Below, one piece after another: positions 10,490-18,157 of a stretch of 54,731 bases of DNA. The stretch is from Bacteroidales bacterium (GTDB lineage Bacteria; Bacteroidota; Bacteroidia; Bacteroidales; P3). The notes under the pieces were generated by a model, which worked only from the letters and a program-made list of their open reading frames with translations, was not told the origin of the DNA and made no database searches. The stretch lies in assembly GCA_017507285.1 (NCBI GenBank), contig JAFWBF010000155.1:1-54731 (forward strand). Reading direction: 5' to 3'. Within the stretch, counting starts at the first letter, position 1, and every line of letters starts with the position of its first letter. The position numbers and the translations under genes are program-made.

Positions 10490-11758
10490 TAAGCAACGTA
10501 CCAAAACCTTGTCAATTCTTACACCGTCCATATCTATTATTTCCATGCGAAAACCTTGCCATTCTATTATCTGTCCTTCTTGTGGTATATTATGTGTTGT
10601 GTCCATTATTAGACCGCTGATAGTATTGAACTTACAGTCATCGCTGAATAGTTCTTCTTTGTCAAAGTGGGCAAGGAAGTCGTAGTAGCTGTAGCGTCCG
10701 TCTATTATGTAGCTACCATCTTCACGTTCTATTATGTCGCCGGTTTCGTTTTCGTCTAGCATTTCACCCACAAGGGCTTCCATTATATCTTTTAAACTCA
10801 CTATGCCTACCACACTGCCAAACTCGTCGATGATGAGGCCGCTCTTGATACGTTCACTTTTAAACTGTTCCAATGCACTATACACACTTATGCTTTCGGG
10901 AAAGTAGCTAGCTTTTGATAGTATGTTTTTCAAACAGAAGTTGTCCTTGCTTATGGAGGCAAATAGATGTTTGAGATGAACAAAGCCTACGATATTGTCT
11001 AGCTCCTTGTCGATAACCGGATATGTGTTATATACGTTGGCTTCTATTTTTTGCTGCAAGCTCTGTTTGTCCTCGTCTATATCCAAGAAAATAATTTCGC
11101 TACGGTGTGTCATTATCGATGATATTTTGCGGTCACTTAGGTTGAAAGCTCTTTCCACAATGTCATGTTCCACTTCTTCGATTTCACCATCTTCGAGACT
11201 TTCTTTCATCATATTTTTAATCTCCTCTTCTGTTACAGGAGCATCTTTTATCTTGTTTAGTCCAAAAAGTCCGGCTACAAAACTACTACTTTTGGCAAGT
11301 ACCCATACCAAGGGGTAGCACACCTTGCTGAGTACCATCATTGGGCGAGCTATAAATTTGGCTATGTTTTCGGCTTTTGATAATCCCAAACGTTTGGGAA
11401 ACAGTTCGCCAAATACAAGAGTAAGGTATGTGACAAATATCACTATTATAGTCTTGCTTATCCCAAAGCTATATGCTTCAATTGATGGGAACCAGCGGCT
11501 TAGTACGTTTGAGAGATCTCCTGCAAATGCCTCGCCCGAAAATAAACCTGTAAGGATACCTATCAATGTTATCCCTATTTGTAGGGTGCTGAAAAAATCG
11601 TCGGGGTTATTGGCAAGCTCCAATGCACTCTGCGATTTTTTATTACCTTGTCGGCTTTCGGTTTCTAATTTGCTTTTGCGTGCACTTACAACAGCCATTT
11701 CACTCATGCTCAGAAACCCGTTGATTAATATAAGTATTGCTATTATTACTATTTCCAT
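10487..11758 (-). CDS. CNNM/HlyC-CorC family membrane protein (DUF21 + tandem CBS + CorC_HlyC)
   Basis: Four N-terminal TM helices with the ELFPKRLG motif, a CBS pair, and a C-terminal transporter-associated domain (GFRMEIIDMDGVRIDKVLV). Confidence 0.85.
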   Translation of the reverse strand: MEIVIIAILILINGFLSMSEMAVVSARKSKLETESRQGNKKSQSALELANNPDDFFSTLQIGITLIGILTGLFSGEAFAGDLSNVLSRWFPSIEAYSFGISKTIIVIFVTYLTLVFGELFPKRLGLSKAENIAKFIARPMMVLSKVCYPLVWVLAKSSSFVAGLFGLNKIKDAPVTEEEIKNMMKESLEDGEIEEVEHDIVERAFNLSDRKISSIMTHRSEIIFLDIDEDKQSLQQKIEANVYNTYPVIDKELDNIVGFVHLKHLFASISKDNFCLKNILSKASYFPESISVYSALEQFKSERIKSGLIIDEFGSVVGIVSLKDIMEALVGEMLDENETGDIIEREDGSYIIDGRYSYYDFLAHFDKEELFSDDCKFNTISGLIMDTTHNIPQEGQIIEWQGFRMEIIDMDGVRIDKVLVRCL

Positions 11759-11904
11759 TTCTGTTTTTCTGTTTCATGCCATATAACTGAAACATCTTTT
11801 TTTTATTGTATTCATAAGTTATATAACTTTGCATATTGTGTATTATCTAAATATGTCGACAGGACTTTATCTCACAAATACACATACCTATAGGTTTAAA
11901 AATG

Positions 11905-11970
11905 CCTCGTGATGTAGTTGTATTTTCCTCGTGATGTAAATCAATCTTCCTCGTGATGCAGATAAAAGTG
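11905..11970 (+). repeat. three 22-bp tandem units with core CCTCGTGATGYA
   Basis: cctcgtgatgta at 11905 and 11927, and cctcgtgatgca at 11949. Spacing is exactly 22 bp. The array lies 45-110 bp upstream of the recA -7 box. Confidence 0.9.
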
Positions 11971-12014
11971 ATAAAAATCTTTGTCAGATTATTGAATATG
12001 TGAAAAAAAAATCG

Positions 12015-12022
12015 TAAATTTG
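12015..12022 (+). promoter_or_regulatory. -7 promoter box (TAnnTTTG) upstream of recA
   Basis: TAAATTTG lies 45 bp upstream of the recA ATG at 12067. Confidence 0.5.
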
Positions 12023-12066
12023 TACATTCTTAAATTAGATTGAATATAAATAAAATATTGATAGTC

Positions 12067-13095
12067 ATGGCAAAAGAAGTGGATGAAGCACAAGCATCGA
12101 AACTAGAAAAGTTGAAAATCCTACAAAGTACTTTGGATAAGATAGAGAAAAATTATGGTAAAGGTGCTATTATGAAATTAGGTGATGCACCTATTGAAGA
12201 GTTGGAATGTATATCTACAGGTTCGGTAGGATTGGATATGGCATTAGGTATTGGTGGCTTTCCAAAAGGAAGAATCATAGAGATTTATGGTCCCGAATCG
12301 TCAGGTAAGACCACATTGGCTATCCATGCCATAGCCGAGGCCCAGAAGAAAGGTGGTATAGCTGCATTTATTGATGCCGAACATGCTTTCGATAGCTTCT
12401 ATGCCAAGTCGTTGGGAGTTGATACAGACAATCTTCTTGTGTCGCAACCCGATAATGGGGAGCAAGCATTGGAGATTGCCGACAATCTGATACGTTCGGG
12501 TGCAATAGACATAATTGTTATAGACTCTGTGGCAGCCCTTACTCCTAAGAGTGAGATAGAAGGCGAGATGGGAGATAGTAAGATGGGCCTTCAAGCACGC
12601 CTGATGTCGCAAGCACTTAGAAAACTTACTGCCAATATCAGCAAAACCAAATGCTGCTGCATATTTATCAACCAATTGCGTGAAAAGATTGGCGTGATGT
12701 TTGGCAACCCGGAAACTACTACAGGTGGTAATGCTTTGAAGTTCTATGCTTCGGTGCGTGTGGATATTCGCCGAACACAAGCTATAAAAGACGGCGATAA
12801 TCATATAGGTAATCGTGTGAAAGTAAAAATAGTAAAGAACAAAGTGGCACCACCATTCCGCACTACCGAGTTTGATCTTATGTTTGGAGAGGGTATCTCA
12901 AAAACCGGTGAAATAGTGGATTTGTGTGTTGAACTTGGAATAATGAAGAAGAGTGGTTCGTGGTTCAGTTATGGTGATACCAAGTTGGGACAAGGTCGTG
13001 AGAGTGTGAAACAGATGATAAAGGACAATCCAGAGCTGGCTGATGAATTGGAAGAAAAACTAAGAGAGGCATTGAAAGAATCTAACAAACAATAG
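12067..13095 (+). CDS. recA: recombinase RecA
   Basis: Walker [10 protein letters not shown] plus the conserved RecA core ([42 protein letters not shown]). The ATG at 12067 is preferred over the TTG at 12040. Confidence 0.97.
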   Translation: MAKEVDEAQASKLEKLKILQSTLDKIEKNYGKGAIMKLGDAPIEELECISTGSVGLDMALGIGGFPKGRIIEIYGPESSGKTTLAIHAIAEAQKKGGIAAFIDAEHAFDSFYAKSLGVDTDNLLVSQPDNGEQALEIADNLIRSGAIDIIVIDSVAALTPKSEIEGEMGDSKMGLQARLMSQALRKLTANISKTKCCCIFINQLREKIGVMFGNPETTTGGNALKFYASVRVDIRRTQAIKDGDNHIGNRVKVKIVKNKVAPPFRTTEFDLMFGEGISKTGEIVDLCVELGIMKKSGSWFSYGDTKLGQGRESVKQMIKDNPELADELEEKLREALKESNKQ

Positions 13096-13098
13096 TTT

Positions 13099-13545
13099 TT
13101 GAATAATAATCTGCACCGTATGATAGCAGGATTGGAACGCTATAATATCAAGATACTTATGGCACTGTTGGAGTCCATAAAGGGAAGGAAGGACTTTTTC
13201 CGTTGGCTGTTGGACAATGGATACCCCGAGTTGGCTGCCTTTTCCAATGCTGTGCGGGGGGATGTGGATGCTATGTTGTGGCTTTTCAAGCATAAGCACG
13301 AGTGGTTGGCCATACTTTCCAACGCCATTGATGGCGAAGATGAGGCTCGAACATGGATAGCCAAAAATCTAACGGAGGTAAATATGCGTATGGCATTGGC
13401 CTGCCGCAAAGATGAGAAAGCCATACAGTGGCTTACACAGCGAGACCTTAAACTATTCCTAATGATGGCCAAGGAGATATACATTGTTTTGGATACTCAA
13501 GCATTAGAAAATGTGTCGTGGTATAGGTTGAAATTCGGACAGTAA
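13099..13545 (+). CDS. hypothetical helical-repeat protein immediately downstream of recA
   Basis: 148-aa ORF (TTG at 13099; first ATG at 13120). It contains about 3.7 tandem 25-aa repeats of the pattern A-x-x-W-L-x9-L-S-N-A-x-x-G-D. I recognise no family. Confidence 0.55.
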   Translation: MNNNLHRMIAGLERYNIKILMALLESIKGRKDFFRWLLDNGYPELAAFSNAVRGDVDAMLWLFKHKHEWLAILSNAIDGEDEARTWIAKNLTEVNMRMALACRKDEKAIQWLTQRDLKLFLMMAKEIYIVLDTQALENVSWYRLKFGQ

Positions 13546-13604
13546 AAACAAAATATAGAAAAATTTTAGCAAGCAGTGATTGCTTGCCACATTATAATGA
13601 TTTT

Positions 13605-14843
13605 ATGGAAAATAGAAGAAATAACAATCGCCGTGATGGTGGAAATGAATTTAAGAAGAATAATGGCTTCAAAGACCGCAATGGCTATGGCCAAGGAGCA
13701 ATAAAACCGTCGGCTAAGCCTTATCGCAGGGAAAGTTTCGATGATGATTCTGCCTACGATAGCAATTGGTTCGACATCGAAGTAGGTGAATCAAAACCTT
13801 TTGCTCCTCGTACGCAATATGCCGAGGGTAGAACCAAAAGAAAGTCAGATGCTCGTCCATTTGCTCAAAAGGACAGAAAGTACAACTCTGACAAGCCCGC
13901 AGGTAGAAAAACTTCATCGGATGAAAAGCATGGAAGAGACTATTGGAGTAGCGACGACAGATTTGACCGCAAAGAACGTCGTGGCGGAAACAAGGACAGA
14001 TACGACAGCCGTAAGTACAACAATCGATACAACGATTATGACGAAGATGAAGATATGTCGTTCTACGAAAGAAAAGTAAAAACTCGTAGGCCACGCATAG
14101 CCTCAAAACCTTCACAACCAAAAAAAGAAGATGGAACAGTACGTCTAAACAAATATATTGCCAATGCAGGTATATGTTCGCGTAGAGAGGCTGATGTGCT
14201 TATAGCCAGTGGCGCAGTAAGTGTGAATGGCGAGGTGATAACCCAGATGGGCTACAAGGTAAAACCCGACGATGTGGTAAACTATGGCGGCGAACGCCTT
14301 GTGTCGGAAAAGAAACGTTATGTATTGCTCAACAAGCCTAAAGGATACATAACTACCAGCGACGACCCTCAAGAACGAAAAACAGTAATGATGTTGGTAG
14401 AGAACGCTTGTACCGAACGCATATATCCCGTAGGCCGTTTAGACAGAAACACCACAGGAGTACTGCTGTTTACAAACGATGGCGATATGGCCAAGAAACT
14501 TACTCACCCTTCAACAGGTGCACGTAAGATTTACCATGTGGAGCTAGATAAGAACCTTACCCATGCCGATATGCAACGAATGGTGGACGGTATAATGCTG
14601 GAAGATGGCGAAATAGCTGTAGATGATGTGCAATATGTTGGCAATGGCGAACACAAAAACATTGTAGGAGTGGTGCTTCACTCGGGACGAAACCGAATCG
14701 TACGTCGTATATTCGAAGCTATGGGCTACGAGGTGTGTAAGCTAGACCGTGTGGTATTTGCAGGACTTACAAAGAAAGACCTCCCCCGCGGCCATTGGCG
14801 TTTGCTTACCGAAAAGGAAGTCTCCTTTCTAAAGATGTTATAA
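13605..14843 (+). CDS. rluB: RsuA/RluB-family pseudouridine synthase with a long charged N-terminal extension
   Basis: S4 domain (VRLNKYIANAGICSRREAD) and catalytic motif GRLDRNTTGVLLFTNDG. The first ~180 aa are R/K/D/N-rich low complexity. The ATG at 13605 is preferred over the TTG at 13584. Confidence 0.85.
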   Translation: MENRRNNNRRDGGNEFKKNNGFKDRNGYGQGAIKPSAKPYRRESFDDDSAYDSNWFDIEVGESKPFAPRTQYAEGRTKRKSDARPFAQKDRKYNSDKPAGRKTSSDEKHGRDYWSSDDRFDRKERRGGNKDRYDSRKYNNRYNDYDEDEDMSFYERKVKTRRPRIASKPSQPKKEDGTVRLNKYIANAGICSRREADVLIASGAVSVNGEVITQMGYKVKPDDVVNYGGERLVSEKKRYVLLNKPKGYITTSDDPQERKTVMMLVENACTERIYPVGRLDRNTTGVLLFTNDGDMAKKLTHPSTGARKIYHVELDKNLTHADMQRMVDGIMLEDGEIAVDDVQYVGNGEHKNIVGVVLHSGRNRIVRRIFEAMGYEVCKLDRVVFAGLTKKDLPRGHWRLLTEKEVSFLKML

Positions 14844-14899
14844 CACCGAAATATTAATATACAAACTAAAAATACACAATAACAAAAATAGTAATAACA

Positions 14900-17071
14900 A
14901 TGAATATAAAAGTAAAATTTCTTGCATTGGCGTTGAGTATGCTAATGCTTGTACCAGCATCGGTTAAGGCCGACGAAGGTATGTGGTTATTGTCGTTGAT
15001 AGGTAAAAACTACGACGATATGAAACAAAAAGGTTTCAAACTTACAGCCGACGATATTTATAATATCAACCAAAGCTGTATCAAAGACGCTATAGTGGGA
15101 TTGGGCAACGCCGGCTCGCCTTTCTGGCATTTCTGTACTGCCGAAATTGTGTCGGACAAGGGATTGCTTACCACCAACCACCACTGCGGTTATGGTCAGA
15201 TTCAAGAACACTCCACTGTAGAGCACGACTATCTTCGCGATGGCTTTTGGGCTTATACTATGGAAGAAGAGCTTCCCAATCCAGGCCTTACAGCTTCGAT
15301 ACTTGTACGTGTGGACGACGTTACCAAAGAAGTCCTCGCCGCCCTTAACGACGATATGACAGAAGCAGAACGAAACAAAGCTATTGCCGACGTATCGAAA
15401 AAAATATCCGACAAGGCTAAAGAAGGTACTAACTACGAAGCCACTGTAAAAAGCATGTTCAACGGAAACCAATTCTTCTTGTTTGTGCACAATATTTACA
15501 AGGACGTTCGTTTGGTAGGTGCTCCTCCTTCATCGATGGGTAAGTTCGGTGGCGATACCGACAACTGGATGTGGCCTCGCCATACTGCCGACTTCTCGAT
15601 GTTTCGTATCTACACTGCTCCTGACGGCTCGCCGGCCGAATACTCCAAGGACAATGTGCCTTTGAAACCTAAACATCACCTGCCTATCAACATTAAAGGT
15701 GTGGAAGAAAACGACTTTGCCATGATTATGGGTTTCCCCGGTACTACAAACCGTTTTGTAACTTCCTATGGCCTTGAAGAAGTGATGGACATCACCAACA
15801 AGCTACGCTACGAAATACGTACTCAAAAGATTAACGTATGGAAGGCAGCTATGAACGCCGACCAAGCTGTAAAGATTAAATACGCCTCCAAATATGCCAG
15901 CTGCTCAAACTATTGGAAATACTCCAACGAACAAAACAAGGCTCTTAAGGCTTTGAATACCATCGGCGTAAAGCAAGATATAGAACGCCGCTACAACGAA
16001 TGGGCTAAAGGTAAAGATGCTAAATATCAAAACGTACTATCGGAAATAGAAAAGATGGTAACAGCTCGCAAACCCTATATGGCTGCACGCACCTACTTGG
16101 CAGAAGGTTTGCTTAGTGGTCCTGAATTGCCGATGATGGCTTTTGGCATATATAACATGTTGTCGCAAGCCGATGAACAAACATCGGTTCAAGACAAACA
16201 AGCTATATTGGACGAAATAATGAAAGAAGTAAAAACTTTCTACAAAGATTACGACCAAACACTTGAAGAAAAGACTATTGCCACAATGTTTGAATACGTT
16301 TACAAAAACATTGAGCCTGAATATTGCCCCGAATTCCTTGCCGAAATAAACAAGAAATACAAAGGCAACTTTGAAAAATATGCTGCCGACGCTATGAAAA
16401 AATCGGTCTTCGCCAACGAAGAAACTTTTACTAAATTCATGGAAAAACCCAACTTGAAAAAGCTTGCCAAAGACCCTATGGTGGTAGCCGGTTTGGGTGC
16501 TTATGTTGAATATGTGGCTGTGGCTAAAAAAGTTAAAAATGCTGCTCCTGATATGGACAGAATGCAACGCTTGTTTGTTTATGGCTTGTTGGATATGAAC
16601 GGCAATAAACCTATCGCTCCTGATGCAAACAGCACTATCCGTTGTACTTACGGCAACTGCTTGGCCTACGAACCAAGAGATGGTGTGTATTACAGCTACT
16701 ATACTACTTTGGACGGTGTAATGGAAAAAGAAGACCCGATGAATCCCGAATTTATAGTTCCCGCCAAATTGAAAGAACTTTGGGCTGCAAAGGATTACGG
16801 TCGCTATGCCAACAAGAAGGGCGAACTGCCTACTTGTTTTATTACCAACAACGACATTACAGGCGGCAACAGCGGTAGCCCCGTTATGAATGCCGAAGGT
16901 CATTTGATAGGCTTGGCTTTCGATGGAAACAGCGAAGCCATGAGTGGCGACATTGATTTTGAAGAAAATATGCAACGTTGCATCAACCTCGACGTGCGTT
17001 ATATGCTTTTCATAATCGACAAGTTTGCAGGTGCTAAGAATCTTATCAACGAAATGACGATAATAGAATAG
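14900..17071 (+). CDS. S46-family dipeptidyl-peptidase (DPP7/DPP11 type)
   Basis: Signal peptide followed by DEGMW. Catalytic His in TNHHCG and Ser in GGNSGSPV. The 723-aa length is typical of the family. Confidence 0.9.
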   Translation: MNIKVKFLALALSMLMLVPASVKADEGMWLLSLIGKNYDDMKQKGFKLTADDIYNINQSCIKDAIVGLGNAGSPFWHFCTAEIVSDKGLLTTNHHCGYGQIQEHSTVEHDYLRDGFWAYTMEEELPNPGLTASILVRVDDVTKEVLAALNDDMTEAERNKAIADVSKKISDKAKEGTNYEATVKSMFNGNQFFLFVHNIYKDVRLVGAPPSSMGKFGGDTDNWMWPRHTADFSMFRIYTAPDGSPAEYSKDNVPLKPKHHLPINIKGVEENDFAMIMGFPGTTNRFVTSYGLEEVMDITNKLRYEIRTQKINVWKAAMNADQAVKIKYASKYASCSNYWKYSNEQNKALKALNTIGVKQDIERRYNEWAKGKDAKYQNVLSEIEKMVTARKPYMAARTYLAEGLLSGPELPMMAFGIYNMLSQADEQTSVQDKQAILDEIMKEVKTFYKDYDQTLEEKTIATMFEYVYKNIEPEYCPEFLAEINKKYKGNFEKYAADAMKKSVFANEETFTKFMEKPNLKKLAKDPMVVAGLGAYVEYVAVAKKVKNAAPDMDRMQRLFVYGLLDMNGNKPIAPDANSTIRCTYGNCLAYEPRDGVYYSYYTTLDGVMEKEDPMNPEFIVPAKLKELWAAKDYGRYANKKGELPTCFITNNDITGGNSGSPVMNAEGHLIGLAFDGNSEAMSGDIDFEENMQRCINLDVRYMLFIIDKFAGAKNLINEMTIIE

Positions 17072-17092
17072 AAACAAACGTCTATTCTTTTT

Positions 17093-17289
17093 AGGCAATT
17101 TCTAAAAATTGCTTTGCAGGTGATTTGCGGAATTTTCTTAGGAAAATTTCTACTTTCTTTTGATTGAGCATAGCGGGCTATGCGATTGAGAAAGAAATAG
17201 AAAGATTTCAAGAAAAAATGCAAAGCACGCAAAAGTTTCAAAGAACGTCCTTCTATCATTCCGAAACGTGGAATTTTTAGAAGTTGCCT
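17093..17289 (+). mobile_element. MITE-like element, copy A (short form)
   Basis: Terminal inverted repeats AGGCAATTTCTAAAAATT ... AATTTTTAGAAGTTGCCT (one mismatch). By eye it is highly similar to copies at 17820, 20044 and (inverted) 27873. It is flanked by TT/TT. Confidence 0.7.
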
Positions 17290-17299
17290 TTACTTTAAG

Positions 17300-17335
17300 A
17301 AGAGAGACACGCTTTTTGCGTGTCTCTCTTTTTTT
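17300..17335 (+). terminator. Rho-independent terminator (probably for the S46 peptidase gene, displaced by MITE copy A)
   Basis: 13-bp perfect stem aagagagacacgc / gcgtgtctctctt, loop ttttt, then a T5 run. Confidence 0.8.
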
Positions 17336-17370
17336 AGTGTATGAAATCAGGAAAAATAATTTTTGTAAGC

Positions 17371-17408
17371 AGCTATTGAAAATTGCTTTGCATGTAATTT
17401 GTGAAATG
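17371..17408 (+). repeat. solo fragment resembling the MITE left end
   Basis: agctattgaaaattgctttgcatgtaatttgtgaaatg resembles the left end ggcaatttctaaaaattgctttgcaggtgatttgtga. Confidence 0.5.
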
Positions 17409-17535
17409 TTGATTTTGTTGAAGTTGCTTTCAACTATAGGCGAAAAAGAATTGCAATGGTGTTGCGACAGTTTTTCGCAACCGTTGAAATGTTTTTTCAA
17501 ATCCGTTAAACCGGTTTTTCTCCGTGCTTGAACAC

Positions 17536-17746
17536 ATAGTATCGAAAGTGCTGAAAGCATAGTATCAAAACAGTTGTATTGATACTATCAAAAGTATTGT
17601 ATATATGGTCTGCAAGTGCCACTTGCGCATCTTACAAGTGGCACTTGCATGATTAGCAAGTGCCACTTACAGACCATGATTTCAGTGGTTTCAATACTAT
17701 TATTTCAGTACTTTTGATACTATACACACAATAGTTTCGATACTAT
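17536..17746. repeat. 211-bp dyad-symmetric composite of nine phased units (3 x ATAGTATC, 3 x CAAGTGSCACTTG, 3 x GATACTAT)
   Basis: Left units are at 17536/17559/17582 (23-bp period). Central palindromes are at 17613/17635/17657 (22-bp period). Right inverted units are at 17693/17716/17739 (23-bp period). ATGGTCTG at 17605 mirrors CAGACCAT at 17670. All of these pairs are symmetric about position 17641. Confidence 0.85.
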
Positions 17747-17819
17747 CATGTCAACGGTAACGAAAAAGTGCTTCAAGCTATTTGAAAAAGTAATCCGGCG
17801 GTGGGCGAAAAATGCCTAA

Positions 17820-18095
17820 AGGCAATTTCTAAAAATTGCTTTGCAGGTGCTTTGTGAGTTTTTGCCAGAAAGATTTCTACTTTCTTTTGATTGAGCATAG
17901 CGGGCTATGCGATTGAAAAAGAAATAGAAATAGAAAGATTTCGGTAACGTTGCGATTAAGCGAGTAAAGAGCAATGCTTTAGCATTAGCTCTTTCGAGCG
18001 ATAGCAACATCGACGAAGTCAACAACGCAAAGCACGCAAAAGTTTAAAGAATATTCTACTATCATTCCGAAACGTGGAATTTTTAGAAGTTGCCT
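17820..18095 (+). mobile_element. MITE-like element, copy B (long form with internal hairpin module)
   Basis: Same termini as copy A, plus an extra internal segment (gcgattaagcgagtaaagagcaatgctttagcattagctctttcgagcg...). It is flanked by AA/AA. Confidence 0.7.
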
Positions 18096-18135
18096 AAAAT
18101 AAATAAAGGGATATACCTCGAAGATATATCCCTTT
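18096..18135 (-). terminator. Rho-independent terminator for the OmpA-family gene
   Basis: Stem aaagggatata / tatatcccttt (18105-18115 / 18125-18135). The minus strand then reads atttatttt. Confidence 0.7.
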
Positions 18136-18157
18136 ATAAGTTATGAAATTGTTCGTT

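Noticed and set aside
11905-11970. CRISPR-like interpretation of the 22-bp arrays (conserved 12-mer plus variable 10-mer).
   Set aside because: The units are far too short for CRISPR repeats and spacers. There are only 2-5 units per array, the 'spacers' are partly conserved, and no cas genes or leader are present.
16037-17098. 353-aa antisense ORF inside the S46 peptidase gene. Similar long shadow ORFs occur at 29557..30225, 30444..31112, 47398..47991, 49306..49839, 50250..50744, 24757..25356 and 12301..12804.
   Set aside because: They lie opposite genes with strong motif support, have odd low-complexity composition (F/H/C-rich) and carry no recognisable motifs. These are typical antisense shadow ORFs.
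17536-17746. Interpreting the dyad composite as a bona fide Tn7/Mu-type transposon or its excision scar.
   Set aside because: I found no 5-bp target duplication and no TG...CA termini, and no transposase is nearby. The resemblance is kept only as an architectural analogy in the findings.
16999-18025. Small minus-strand ORFs (16999..17259, 17150..17560, 17816..18025; also 27855..28091 on the plus strand). Several of them share the peptide NRIARYAQSKESRN.
   Set aside because: The shared peptide comes from translating the repeated MITE DNA. The ORFs start and stop at different points in each copy and have no plausible start context. They are artefacts of the repeat, not a gene family.
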